DNA from: the human T2T-CHM13v2.0 reference genome, Homo sapiens
Assembly: GCF_009914755.1 (NCBI RefSeq)
Contig: NC_060947.1
Direction: 5' to 3' (one strand)
DNA length: 64,000 bases
The stretch's first letter is position 1, and each line of letters begins with the position of its first letter. Both the position numbers and the translations under genes were made by a program. This document shows, piece after piece, positions 10,525 through 24,444 of the stretch. The notes below the pieces were generated by a model. The model was not told where the DNA came from. It did not search any database and saw nothing but the letters and a program-made list of their open reading frames with translations.

Positions 10525-13070
10525 GGAGATCATGCAGTGTTTCTCTTTCTGTGTCTTGTTTATTTCACTTAGTAGAGAGTCCTCCAGCTCTTTCTATGTT
10601 GTAATAAATGGCAGGATTTTCTTTTTTATAAAGGCTGAATAGTGTGTGTGTGTGTGCGCGCACGTGTGTGTGTGTGTTCATTTGTTGAAGGACATTTAGG
10701 CTGTTTTCATATTTTGGCTATTGTGAATAGTGCTGCAATTAAAAGGGGAGTTCAGGGCTCTCTTCATGATTCTGTTTTCCATTATTTGAGTACATACCCA
10801 GAATTGGTATTGCTGGATAAAGTGGTATTTCTATTTTTAGTTTTTTGAGGAACTACCATGCTGTTTTCCATTTGGGCTGTATCACTTAGCAGTTTTAAGC
10901 TTTACCTTTATGCCTGTCATGTATTTTGAGTTTATTTTTGTGTATGGTGTGAGATAATATACAAGAGCTTCTTTTCTTCACATCCTTGCCAACACTTATC
11001 TTTTTTTTTAATAGTCACTCTTATAACAGGTGTGAGATGATATCTCATTGTGGTTTTGATTTGCATTTCCCTGATGATTAGATGAACACCTTTTCATACA
11101 CATGTTGGCCATGTGAATTTCTGTTTTGTGGATTTTAGTTCATTTATTAATTGGATTATTTGTATTCTTGGTATTGAATTGCAAGTGTGCTTTACATATT
11201 TTGGATATTAATCCCTTATCAGATATATAATTTGCAATTTTTTTCTCAATCTGTAAGTTGCCTTTTCATTTTGTTGATGGTTTCCATTGTTGCAAAGATG
11301 CTGTTTAGTTTGGTATAATCCCACTTGTCTGTTTGTGTTTTTGTTGCCTGTGTTTTGGTATAATATCCAAAATATTATTGCTAAAAAAAAATGTCAGGAA
11401 GGGCTTTTTCCATGTTTTTTTTTGCTAGGATTTTTATGGTTTCAAGTTTTATGTTTAAGTCTTTAATCTACTTAGAGTTTGTTTTTATGTATGTTGTGTA
11501 ATAGGGGCTCAGTTTCATTGTTTTGCGTATGGATATCTAATTTTCCTAGCACTGTTTGCTAAAAAGACTATCCTTTCTCCATCGTGTGTTCTTAGCACCC
11601 TGATGGGAGAACAGTTGGTTCTAAATATGTGGGTTTATTTCAGCATTCTCTCTTTTCTTCTATTGATCTATATATCTGTTTATATGTCAGTACCACATCG
11701 TTTTCTTTACTACAGCATTGTAATATAATATGAAGTCAAAAAGCATGATATCTCCTGCTCTGTTTTTGCTCAAGATTGCTTTAGCTATTCAGGGATTTTG
11801 TGGTTCTGTTAGAATTTTAGAATTATTTTCTATTTTTGAAAAATATGCCTTTGGAATTCTGATAGAAATTGCATTGAGTGTGTAGATTGCCTTGGTTTGT
11901 ATGGACATTATGACAGTATTAATACTTCCAATATATTAACATGGAATGTATTTTTATTTATTTCTGTCTTTTAAAAGTTTCCTCATTTATGTTTTATAAT
12001 ATTGAGTGTATAGGTCTTTACCTCTTTAGTTAATTCTTAAGTATCTTAATTTTTTGTTATTTTTATTGTTAATGCAAATAGGATAGGTTTCTTATTTCCC
12101 TTTTGGATAGTTTGTTGTTGGTGTATAGAATTGCAACTGATTATTGTATTTTGATTTTGTATTCCATAATTGTATTGAATTCTTTTATTAGTTATAACAG
12201 GTTTCCATGGAGTCTTTAGTGTTTTCTACTTATACAGTCATATCATCTGCAAACAAAGATATTTTTACATCCAATCTTTTGCTGTAGATGTTTTTGTTTC
12301 TTTTTCCTGCCTGATTGCTCTGGTTAGAACTCCTAATACTATGTTAAATAACAGGGATAAGAGCGGACACCTTTGCCATGTACTGAATCTTAGAAGAAAC
12401 TATTTCACTTTTTCTCCATGAATTTTGATGTTAACTGTGGGTTTTTCACATATGGCCTTTATTGTGTTGTGGTATATTTCTTTTATACCTATAGTGTTGA
12501 CTTTTTTTTTGTCATGAAGGGATGTTACGTTTTGTTTAATGCCTTTTGTTAATCTTTTGAGATAATTATGAGGTTTTTGCCTTTTGTTCTACTAATGTCA
12601 TATATTGAATTGGTTAATGTTTGTATGTTGAAACATCCTTTAATTCTAGGAATAAATCCCTCTTAGTTACAGTATATGATCCCTTTAATGTGCTGCTGAA
12701 TTTGGTTTGAAAGTATTTTACTTAGGATAAACACATCTATGTTCATCAGAAATATTGTTCTGTAGTTTTATTTTCTGATATCATCCTTGTCTGGCTTTGG
12801 AATCAGAGTGATGCAGTCCTCATGAAGTGAGTTTTCAGTGTTCCCTCTTTTATTTTTAGGGGAGAGCTTAAAATAATTCATGTTCATTCTTTCTTAAATG
12901 TTTGGTGGAATTCTTTTTTAAAGCCTTATAGTGCTGGCTTTTTTTTGTTAGAAAATGTTTGATTACATATTCTATCTCTTTGTTATCAATTTGTTCAAGC
13001 TTTCTACATCTTTTTTGTTCTATCTGGATAGATTATGTGTTTATAGAAATGTATCTATTCAGGTAATCCA
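10525..13070 (-). mobile_element. L1MA (L1MA8/9-like) 3' UTR and ORF2 fragment
   Basis: Continuous antisense L1 from 'gagatcatgcagt...aatggcaggattt' through the ORF2 RT region. (TG)n at 10642-10676. Confidence 0.85.
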
Positions 13071-13079
13071 GTAGATAAC

Positions 13080-13390
13080 CAAATATATATCTATATATCC
13101 ATAACTACATTTATATCTATAAATGTCTATGCATGGCTATATATGTCTACATACATCTCTCTTTATATATATATATATATATATATAGTCTGTGTGTATA
13201 TGTGTAAATACATATATATATGCCTCTATATGTCTCTATATGGCTTTTATACAAACATACACATTTTCTCTCTATATAGATAGGCATAGGTAGGTATACC
13301 TATATAAGGATTTATAGATAGAATTCATTCATGTGTGTATGTATATGTATATAATGTTTACACACATACACACATATATATTTACATCTT
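13080..13390. repeat. TA-rich low-complexity tract with (TA)12 at 13164-13187
   Basis: Seen directly. Confidence 0.85.
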
Positions 13391-13808
13391 AAATAGGTCA
13401 TATTTGTTAATTACATTGTTCAGATCTTCTATCTTATTATTAATGTTCTTATGCTAGATTATTCTGTCAGCAATTGAGTTATGATGAAGTCTCTCATTCT
13501 GATTCTGACTTTCTTTTGAAGTCTTAAAATTTATTTTGAAAAGATTTTTATTTGCATATATATTTAATTATAATATATTCCTCATCAATTGACTCATTTA
13601 ATATCATGTAACAGCTTTCTTTTTTCTAGTGAAACTGTTTGCTTTAAACCCATTTGTCTAATATTATAGGTCTATTCATTTTGTTTTAGTGTTTGCATGA
13701 TAAATACTTTCCATTGCCTAATTTTGAAATTTCTGTATTCATATATTTACGACATGTCTCTTTTTTAAAGAGTCCATTAGAAAGTTTCTAAAACCCAGAC
13801 TGGATTTT

Positions 13809-13820
13809 ACACACACACCT

Positions 13821-13851
<31 letters not shown>
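13809..13851. repeat. (CA)n microsatellite, interrupted
   Basis: Seen directly. Confidence 0.95.
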
Positions 13852-13854
<3 letters not shown>

Positions 13855-14170
13855 CCACCAACACAGTCAAGAATCAGAACACTTACTGCAGGATCCCTCA
13901 TGTTGCCCTTTTTAATTACAGCCACTTTCCTGCTGCTCCTCACCCCCTATCTTGTTCTTAATGTCTGGCAGGCACTAACTTAATCTTCATTTCTATAAAT
14001 CAGTTATTTTATGTTTAATGAATGGAATTAAACAATATGTGATTTTGGGGGGTTGGTCTTTCTTCACTGAGTGTAATTCTGTGGAGATTAATCCAATGTG
14101 TTTCATGCATAATGAGTCTACTTTTTTATTGCTGAGCAGTATTCTATGGAACAAATGTAATATAATTTGC
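13855..14170 (-). mobile_element. L1MC-like 3' UTR fragment
   Basis: 'aggatccctcatgttgccc...aatggaattaaacaatatgt...ttgctgagcagtattc'. Confidence 0.65.
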
Positions 14171-14176
14171 CTGTGT

Positions 14177-17100
14177 TACAGTGTACAAGGGTTTCCTTTT
14201 CTCCACATCTCTGCCAGCATTTGTTATTGCCTGTCTTTTGAATATATGCCATTTTAAATGAGATGAGATGATATCTCATTGCAGTTTTCATTTGCACTTC
14301 TCTGATGATCAGTGATGTTGAAAACCTTTTCATATGCCTGCTTTCCATTTGTATGTCTTCTTTTGAGAATAAATATTCAAATCTTTAACCCATTATTTTA
14401 ATTTGGTTATTAGGTTTCTACCTATACAGTTGTTTGAGCTTCTTATATTTTCTGGTTATTAGTCACTTATCAGATGGGTAGTTTGCAAATATTTTCTCCC
14501 ATTCTGTGGGATTTTTTTCACTTTGTTGTTTTCTTTGCTGTGAAGAAGTATTTAACTTGAGGTGATCCTATTTGTTGTGCATTTTTGCTTTGGTTGCCTG
14601 TGCTTGTGGGATATTGCTCAAGAAATTTCCACCCAGACTGATGTCCTGGATATATTTCCCAATGTTTTCTTGTAGTAGATTTATAGTGTGAGGTAGCTTT
14701 TAGATTTAAGTCTTTAATGTCTTTTGATTTCATTTTTGTATGCTGTGACAGATAGGGGTCTAGTATCATCAGTCTATATATGGATATCCAGTTTCCACAG
14801 CACCGTTTATTGAAGAGACTGCCTTTCCCCAGTGTATGTTCTCAGCATCTTTGTCAAGAATGAGTTAACTATAGGTGTGTGAATTTGTTTCTGGGTTCTC
14901 TAGTCTGTTCTACTGTTTGGCATGTCTGTTTTACACAAGTATCATGCCGTTTTGGTTACTATACCTCTGTAGTATTATTTGAAGTCAAGTAATGTGATTT
15001 CTCCAGTTTTGTTCTTTTGGCTTAGGATAGATTTGTCTATTCTGGGTCTTTTTTGGTTTCCTATAAATTTTAGGGTTTTTAAAAAATATACCTGTGCAGA
15101 ATGATTTTGGTGTTTTGATAGAGATTGCATTGAATCTGTAGATTGTTTTGGGTAGTAGTGACATTTTTAACAATATTGATTATTCTAATCTATGGACATA
15201 GAATATATTTCCATTTTTTGGTGTCCTCTTACATTTCTTTTCTCAGTGAAAACCTTTTTTGTTATAGAGAACTTTCACTTCTTTGGTGAAGTTAACTCCT
15301 AGGTATTTCATTTTATGTGTGGTATTGTAAATGGGATTATTATTTTTTAAAATTCTTTCTCAGATTTTCACTTTTGGCATGTAGAAATGTTACTGATTTT
15401 TGAATGTTGATTTTGAATCCTACAAATTTATTGAATTTGATTACCAGTTGTAAGGTTTTTGATGGATTATATAGGTGTTTCTAAATATAAGATTATATCA
15501 TCGGAAAGAAACAATAATTTGACTTCTTCTTTTCCAATTTGAATGTTCTTTCTTTCTTTCTCTTGTCTGATTGGTCTAGCTAGAACTTCGAGTACTATGT
15601 TGAAAAGCAGTGGTAAAAGTGGGTATCTTTGTTTGTTGAGTTCCAAATCATAGATAGAAGGTTTTCAGCTTTTCCCCATTCTGTATGATACTAGCTGTAG
15701 ATCTGTCTTACATGGCTTTTATAATGCTGAAGTATGTTCCTTCTATAACATGTGTTTTTCAGGGTTTGTATCATGAAGGGGTGTTGAGTTGTATCAAATG
15801 ATTTTTCATTATCAATTGAAATAATCATATGTCTTTGATCAGTCTGTTGATATCATTTTTATCACATTGACTGATTTCCACATATTGAACCATCTTCACA
15901 TCCTGAGGATAAATACCACTAGTTAATGATGAATAATCTTTTTATTATATTGTGGAATTCTGTCTGCTAGTACATTGTTGAGGATTTTTGCATCAATAGT
16001 GAACAGAGATATTGCCCTGTGGTTTTCTTTTTTAATGTATTGGTTTGTTTGTTTGTTTGTTTGTTTTTGTAGAAGGGTAATACTGGCCTCATCGAATGAG
16101 TTTGCAAGGATTCACTCCTCCTCTATTTTTTTGGAAGACTTTGAGTAGGATTGGTATTTGTTGTTCTTTAAATGTCTGATGGAATTCAGTTGTGAAGCCA
16201 TTAGGTCCCAGGCTTTACTTTACTAGGAAACTTTTTATTATGGCTATGATCCCATTACTTGTTATTTATTGGTTCAAGTTTTGGATTTCTTCCTGGTTCA
16301 ATTTTGATAGGTTGTATGTGTTTAGGAATTTTTCCATTTCATCTATATTTTCCAATTTATTGGCACTTAGTTGCTCATAGTAGCCACTAATGATGCTTTG
16401 GGTTTCTGCAGCATCAGTTGTAATGTCTCCTTTTTTCAATTCCGATTTTGTTTATTTTGATCTTCTCTGCTTTATTCTCAGTCTGTCTAAAGGCTTGTAA
16501 ATTATATTTAACTTTTCAAAAAACCAACTTTTTGTTTCACTCATCTTTTCTACTGTTTTCATCCTTTTCATTTATTTCTGCTCTAATCCTTATTATTTCT
16601 TTTCTTCTCTTCTTACTTTTTTAGTCCTTTATGATGCATCATTAGATTGTTTATTTGACTTTTTTTTTCATTTTTGATGTAGGCACTTGTAGCTATAAAC
16701 TTACCTCTGAGTACTACTTTTGCTGTATTCCATAGGTTTTGGTATGTTGTATTTGCATTATTATTCATTTCAAGAAATTATTCCATTTTCTTCTTAATTT
16801 CTTCATCAACCCACTGGCCCTTCGGGAGCATATTATTTAATTTCCATGTATTTGTATAGTTTCCAAAATTCCTCTTGTTATTGAGTTCTTGTTTTTTCTG
16901 TTGTGGTCACAGAAATACTTGATATTCTTTTTTTTGTTGGTGTTTTAAGACTTGTTTTGTAACATAACATATGGTTTATTCTTGAGAATGGTCCATGTGC
17001 TGAGTAAAATAATATGTTTTCAGCAGCTTTTCGATTAAATATTCTGTAAATATCTATTAGGTCCATTTGCTCCATAGTGCAGACTGAGTTTGATGTTTCT

Positions 17101-20100
17101 TTATTGATTTTCTGTGTGAAAGATCTGTCTAATACTGAAAGTAGGATGTTGAAGTCTCTAGCTATTATTGTATTGGGGCTTCTCTCTCTCTTTAGCGCTA
17201 ATATAATTTTTATATAGTGGGTGTTCCAATGTTGGTTACATATATATTTTAAATTGTTATATCATCTTGTTGAATTGATTCCTTTATTATTATATAATGA
17301 CCTTGTCTCTTTTTATAATTTCTGTCTTGAAATCCATTTTGTCTGATGTAAGTGTAGCAACTCCTGCTGTTTTGTGGTTTTCACTGGCTTGGAAGGTTTT
17401 TCCATCTTTTTATTTTTAGCCTATGCATGTTTTTATATGGGAAGTATGTTTCTTGTAGGCAACAGATCAATGGGTCTTGTTCTTTCATCCATTCAGCTAC
17501 TCTATGACTTTTGTTAGGATAGTTTAGTCCATTTCCATTCAGTTATTATTAACAAGTAAAGACTTCAGCCATGTTGTTATTTGTTTTCTTGTTGTTTTAT
17601 GTAATTGTTTGTACCTTCCTTACTTTTTTCCTATATTACATTCGTGAAGATAATCATCTCAATATGATTTAGTTTCCTGCTATTAATTGTCTGTGTATCT
17701 TCTGTATGTTTTCTGGTTTGTGGTTACCATGAAGCTCGCAAATGCTATCTTAAAACTCATTATTTTCAGTTGATAACAACTTAACACAATTTGCTTAAAC
17801 AAACGAGTATAAAAAACTAAATAAACTCAATGATTGAAATTCATCTCCTTGCTTTTTAACTTTTTATTTATTATTTATATTTCATTGCACTGTCTATGTC
17901 TTGAAAAGTTGTTGTAGTTATTATTTTTGATTGGTTCATCCTTTAATCTTTTTACTTAGAATAAGAGTGGTTTTCATACCATATTTACAATGTTAGAATA
18001 TTCTGTGTTTTTTTCATGTACTTAATATTACCTGTGATTTTTGTACCTTCAGGTGATTATGTTTTGCTCATTAACATTCTTTTCTTTCTGATTAATGTAC
18101 TGCCATTAGCATTTCTTGTAGGACAGGTCTGGTGATAATGAAATACCTCAGCTTTGATTTTTCTGGGAAAGTCTTCATTTCTCCTTCATGTTCGAATGCT
18201 ATTTCCTCAATATATATTATTCTAGGGTAAAAGTTTTCCTTTTTCTTCAGCATTTTAAATATATCATGCCACACTCTCCTGGCACTCTCTCCTGGTGAGG
18301 TAAGTTTTCCACTGAAAAGTCTGCTGCCAGTCATTTTGGAGTTTTATTGTGTGTTATTTGTTTTTTTTTTCTCTTACTGCTTTTAGGATCCCTTCTTCAT
18401 CCTTGACCTTTGAGAGTTTGATTATTAAATGCCTTGAGGTAGTATTCTTTGGGTTAAATCTGCTTGGTGTTCTACAACCTTCTTGTACTTGGATATTGAT
18501 ATCTTCCTCTAGGCTTGGGAGTTCTCTGTTATTATCCCTTTGAATAAACCACTATTCTTTCTCTCCCTCCTCTTTAAGGCCAACTACTCTTAGATGTTTT
18601 TGAGGCCATTTTCTAGATTCTGTAGGCATGCTTTGTTGTTTTTTTTTTCTTTTGTCTCCTATGACTGTGTATTTTCAAGTAGCCTGTCTCTAAGCTCATT
18701 AATTTTTTCTTCTGCTTGATCAATTCTGCTCTTAAAAGACGTTGATGAATTTTTCAGTATGCCAGTTGCATGTTTTTAGCTCCAGAATTTCTGCTTTATT
18801 CTATTTACTTATTTCAATCTCTTTGTTAATTTATCTGAGAGGATTCTGAATTCCTTGTCTGTGCTATCTTGAATTACTTTGAATTTCCTCAAATCAATTA
18901 TTTTAAACTTTTTTGTCTGAAAAGTCATATATCTCTATTTCTCCAGCATTGGTTCTTGACGCCTTATTTAGTTCATTTGGTGAGGTCATGTTTTCCTGGA
19001 TCATCTTGATATTTGTGGATGTTTGTCTGTGTCTGGGTGTTGAAGAGTTAGGTATTTATTGCAGTCCTCACTGTCTTCATTTGTTTGTACCTGTTCTTCT
19101 TGGAAGGGTTTTCCAGATATTCAAAAGGATGTGTGTTTTGATAACACCATATATGCTTTTGGGAATGCCTCAAGCCCAGTTATGTTATTGTTTTTGCAGA
19201 CTCCTAGAGGTACCACCTCAATCATCTTGTAAAAGATCCAGAGAAATTCTCTCGATTACCAGGCAGAGACTCTTGTTCTCTTCCCTTACTTTTTCACAAA
19301 GAAATTGAGTATCTTATGCTGTTTTGAGCCACCTAAATCTGGGAGTGAAGTAACACAAGTACCCCTGTGGCCACCATCACTAGGACTGCACTGAGTCAGA
19401 CATGAAGCCAGCATAACACTAGGTCTTCCCCAAGACCTGCTGTAACCACTTTCCTGGCTACTAACTATGTTAGCTTAAGGCCTGTTTACTAAAGGCCTTG
19501 ACAATCAGCAGGTGGCAAAGCCAGCCAGGCCTGTGTCCTTCCACTCATGGCAGTGAGTTACCCCAGCACCTAATGGGCCCAGAGGTGCTTTCCAGAAGTG
19601 AGGGATTAGAGTAAAAACTTAGACGTCTACCTGGTATTCTATTGTATTGCTGCTGACCTGGCACTCACACCACAAGATGCGGTCTTTCTTATTCTTCCTT
19701 CCTCTTTCCAAAGGCAGAGCAGCCCCATCTCATGGCCAACACCACTACAAGCCCATGGGGAGTACTGCCAGACTACTGCTGATGTTTCCGTAAGGCCCAA
19801 GGTCTCTTAAGTCAGCTTGTGATGAATGCTGTCTGGCCTGGGACTCACTGTTCAGAGCAGTGAGCTCCCCTCTTTCCCAGAGCATGTCCAGAAATGTTAT
19901 CCAAGAATCATGTTCTGGAATTGGAAACCCCAAGATTCTACTTGGTGCTCTCCCACACTATGGCTGAGATGGTACCTTGTGTCAGCAAGTCTCAGAGTTT
20001 CACTTGAGGCCTTCATTGTAGTACGTGGATATCACTCTTGGTTATTCAGAGCTCAAGGGCTCTTCAGTAAGCAGGTAATAAATGGTTCCAAGACTAGGTC

Positions 20101-21035
20101 TTTTTCTTCAAGGCAGTAGGTTTGCTTGTGGCCTAGGCTGTGTCTAGAAATGTCTGGGATCCAGGGCCTGGAATGGGGGGCCTCAAAACTGTGATCAGTA
20201 CCCTATCCTGCTGTGGCTGAGCTCATATCTAAGATGCAAGACAAAGTCCTCCCCACTATTTTCTCTACTCTCCTCAGTTGAAAAGAAAAGGCATCTTTTG
20301 GAGCCACAAGTTGTACAGCCTGGGGCTAGGTGTGGGGTGATGCCAGCACTCCCACATCCATGTTAGCTGGTGTCTCAGTAGATCATGTCACCCCCAGTTC
20401 ATTGTCTCTGGGCCCAGTTCAGCCCTGGGACTCACCTAAGAGTTACAGTCCTTATGGTCTAGACTGTCTTTCAAATTTACTTAGAGACACAGAGCACAGC
20501 CTGGGGCTGTGAGGTTTGCAGGAACTCAAGTTCCATCCCCTGGGATCCTGGGATCTACAATTCCCCTCTAGCAAGGACTGGTTTATAAGCGCCCACTATG
20601 GTTTATATGCTGACACCATGGGTGAGTGTCAGCTGAGTTTGGCCTAATTTTCCTTTCTACTCCCACCACTGGTTTATATGCTGACACCATGGGTGAGTGC
20701 CATCTGAGTTTGGCCTAGTTTTCCTTTCTGCTCTAACAGGGCAGCACTGAGTTCAGTGCCTCATAGTTTGCTGTGTTCTCCATCCCTCCAGACACAGAAA
20801 TGCTCTCTGCACCATGCTGCTGCCAGTGGGTGTGGCAGGGGTGGCATCAGCAATTCAATACTTTTTTTTCCTCCTCAGTGCATCATGTAACAATACAAAG
20901 TTAAAAGCAGGTACTGAGAGTGCTCACCTGTGGTGCTTTGCTCAAGTAAATAGTTATTAAATTGGTGTCTTTGCAGGAGGGTGTCGGGGGTGGATGATGG
21001 ATGGAGCTTTATATTCTTTCATCTTGTTCTGCCTC
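14177..21035 (-). mobile_element. Near-full-length L1MA2/3-like LINE (5'UTR-ORF1-ORF2, 3' end lost), inactive
   Basis: Antisense L1 with ORF2 fragments (14118-14348, 14518-14769, 14985-15173, 16878-17075) and the ORF1 C-terminus (18092-18334, FYPRI..FPEKSKLRYFIITRPVLQEML). The long 5'UTR ends at the reverse complement of 'gaggcagaacaagatg'. Confidence 0.9.
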
Positions 21036-22335
21036 TTTTATATGCAGTCTTTCAACTTCTGATACTTGTTATTTTCCCTCTGTATATGCTATCTTAACTA
21101 GCTACAGTGAACTTTTCTTGTAATCTTTCTCTAACGCTACTTATTCCATTGTCAACTAAATTTCATTTTTGTCTGAAAACCTTTGTAGATGACTTAGAGA
21201 TTCTGTTTTCTACTATTTTATCTTATATTACCATGTATTTTTATCTTTATAACAATTACCTAGTTTCCTTGTCCACTTGTGTATTTATTATTTTTTGAGT
21301 GATAACTATTTTCCTTATCAGATTGTATGTTCCATGAAGAAATGGAATGTGTCTGCTTCTTACTAGTGCAGCCTCAATGACAGAAGATTGTGTGGCTCAC
21401 AAAAAGTATGGGTGGGTGTACCAATGTGTGAATTTATGTGTATCTTTGTGGTATCACTAAAGGTCTTAAGGAAATCAGGATTTTCCCAGGTTTTTTAGTC
21501 TCACTAAGGATTTTATTTTTCTCTTAATCTAGCAGTCATTCTTCACTGATTAAATTCCATTTTCTTCTTTCTCCCCCTTCACACCATCCATCCCATTTCA
21601 TAAGTAACTTAGAACGCTTCACTTCAGATACAATGATAAATTATTAGATTATATTTCCTAGCATTGAAATTTTTGGAAAGCTCTTTATATTATAAACTAT
21701 TTTCTGTTATGTGTTTTAGTCACAATTAAATCTAGCTGTGAATAAATTGAAAATATGTCCTCTCTTACCTATAAAAAGCAAAGCTGTAAAATGATTCAAG
21801 TATATACCATTTAAAAAAATCCATTTATCAAAACCAACACTTGTCTGTCAATAATAACCAATTTCTGTATTGTGTTTAAAATGTATCCCTCTATAGATTC
21901 AAAAAATATTTAAAATTTTGTTTCGCCATAATTATTTATCAGATTGAATGCATATATGTTTTCAGAAAGCATGCAAGACTAAAAAGACATTTCTGGATTA
22001 GCTAGAAATGTAGTAGACTAACTGCTTTTTATTATTTTGATTTAGCATTTCTGTGCTTCTCATTATTAACAAGTTTATGTTTGAGAAATATCAGAATATT
22101 ATATGTAATGATTGACTCAATTATGGACCTTGATATAAATAATTTTGCCCTCTATAAGTAAATTAATATTTTTAATAAATATTAAAAGGGTGCTTTTTTA
22201 AAGAAAATATACATGAAATTGACACAGGGCCAGCCTTTAAGTGAGTTACAATTATAAATACAAACACCTCATTCTAGTATTCCATTATAAAGTTTAAATC
22301 AATAGCTTTAGTAGAGGTAATTAGAAAGGGAAGCA

Positions 22336-22688
<353 letters not shown>

Positions 22689-22691
22689 TTA

Positions 22692-23009
<318 letters not shown>

Positions 23010-23110
23010 ATAGGAAAGAATCAAGTCCCCATTTTAGTAAAGATCGCCCTCTCTTGGACCAAGTCTACTTCAAATAGCAACCCTCCAAGTCTGCATAAGA
23101 TTTATGTCTA

Positions 23111-23406
23111 GGCCAGGTGCAGTGGCTCATGCCTATAATGCCAGCACATTGGGAGGCCAAAGTGGAAAGATCACTTGAGTTCAGGAGTTGAAAACCTGCC
23201 TGGGCAACATAACAAGATCTCATCCCTACTAAAAGTCAAAAAAAGAAAATCAGCTGGACATGGTGGCGTGCACCTGTAGTCCCAGCTAGTTGGGAGGCTG
23301 AGAAGGGGAAATTGTTTGAGTCCAGGAGATCAAGGCTGCAGTGAGCTCTGATTGAGCCACTGCAATTCAGGCTGGGTAACAGAGTAAGCTCCTGTCTCAA
23401 AAAAAA
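23111..23406 (+). mobile_element. AluJ
   Basis: J-type right arm 'gagatcaaggctgcagtgagc'. TSD begins aagattt on both sides. Confidence 0.9.
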
Positions 23407-23724
23407 GAGAAGATTTCTACGTTAGACATTGTTGCCTACAAACCATTGCACCCAGAATCGGAGCAAAGGGTAGTAATTTCAGTTACCAAAGAGACTTAAA
23501 ACCAGGGAGAGAAAACTGGATTAGCCAACATTAGTAGAATGCTCCTAAATACACATTCTATATGCATTTTGTACTATTCTAATTTAGCAATTTCTTAAAT
23601 GACAAGTGTCAATACTTTATTTTTCACAGCCCTACCACAGTGATCATACAAATTTCTTTCTATGCTCTTCCTGTTATCACAACATAATATTAAACCCCCG
23701 TAGGTACTAAAACAAAGACTTACT

Positions 23725-24028
23725 TTTTAAAATGTATTTTAAATTGCTTAATATTTCTATTTTAATAACTTTAGGAGTATAAGTGGTTTTTATTAACACG
23801 GATAAATTGTACAATGGTGAAGTCTGGGCTTTTAGTATACCCATCACCCAAATAATGTACGTTATACACAATAAGTAATTTCTCATTCCTCACTCCCTCT
23901 CCCATTTCTTCCCTTTTTGAGTCTCCAATGTCCATTATGCCACTCTGTATACCTTTGGATACCCATAGCTTAGCTATAACTTATAAGTGAGAACATGCAG
24001 TATTTGATTTTCTGTTTGTGAGTTACTT
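23725..24028 (-). mobile_element. L1PB (L1PB2-4-like) 3' end, left piece; host of the MER50 provirus
   Basis: 'tggtgaagtctgggcttttagt...ataagtgagaacatgcagtatttg...gagttactt'. The sequence resumes in register at 43900. Confidence 0.85.
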
Positions 24029-24444
24029 TGTTACTGGCAGTAAATCCATATGGGTCTTCAGCTACCTCAATTCTTCACTCTTCAGAAAAGAGAATTTGAC
24101 TGGCATAAGGCAGAAGAGAACAAGGCCAGGTGTAGAGCAGAAATAAAAGTTTATTAAAAAGCTCTGTAGCAGAAACAAAAGGAAGAAAACTACATTTGGA
24201 AGTAGACCAAGTGGGTTACTTGAAAGACAAGTGTGCAATTTGAACTTTTGACTTGGGGTTTATATGTTGGCATACTTCTGGGTCTTGTGTCTCTTCTACC
24301 CTGATATTTTCTTAGGGGTGGACTCTCTGCATGCACAGTGGCCAGCCAGCACTGGGGAGGTGAGAATATGAAGAGTGTTTACTGGAGTTGTGCACATGCT
24401 CACTTGAGGTGCTCTTCCCTTACCAGCCAAATGTCACTAGGAGG
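24029..24444 (-). mobile_element. MER50 3' LTR, R/U5 part (split by the MER4A provirus)
   Basis: Aligns to 43206-43630. PolyA signal (tttatt) at about 24150. Confidence 0.88.
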
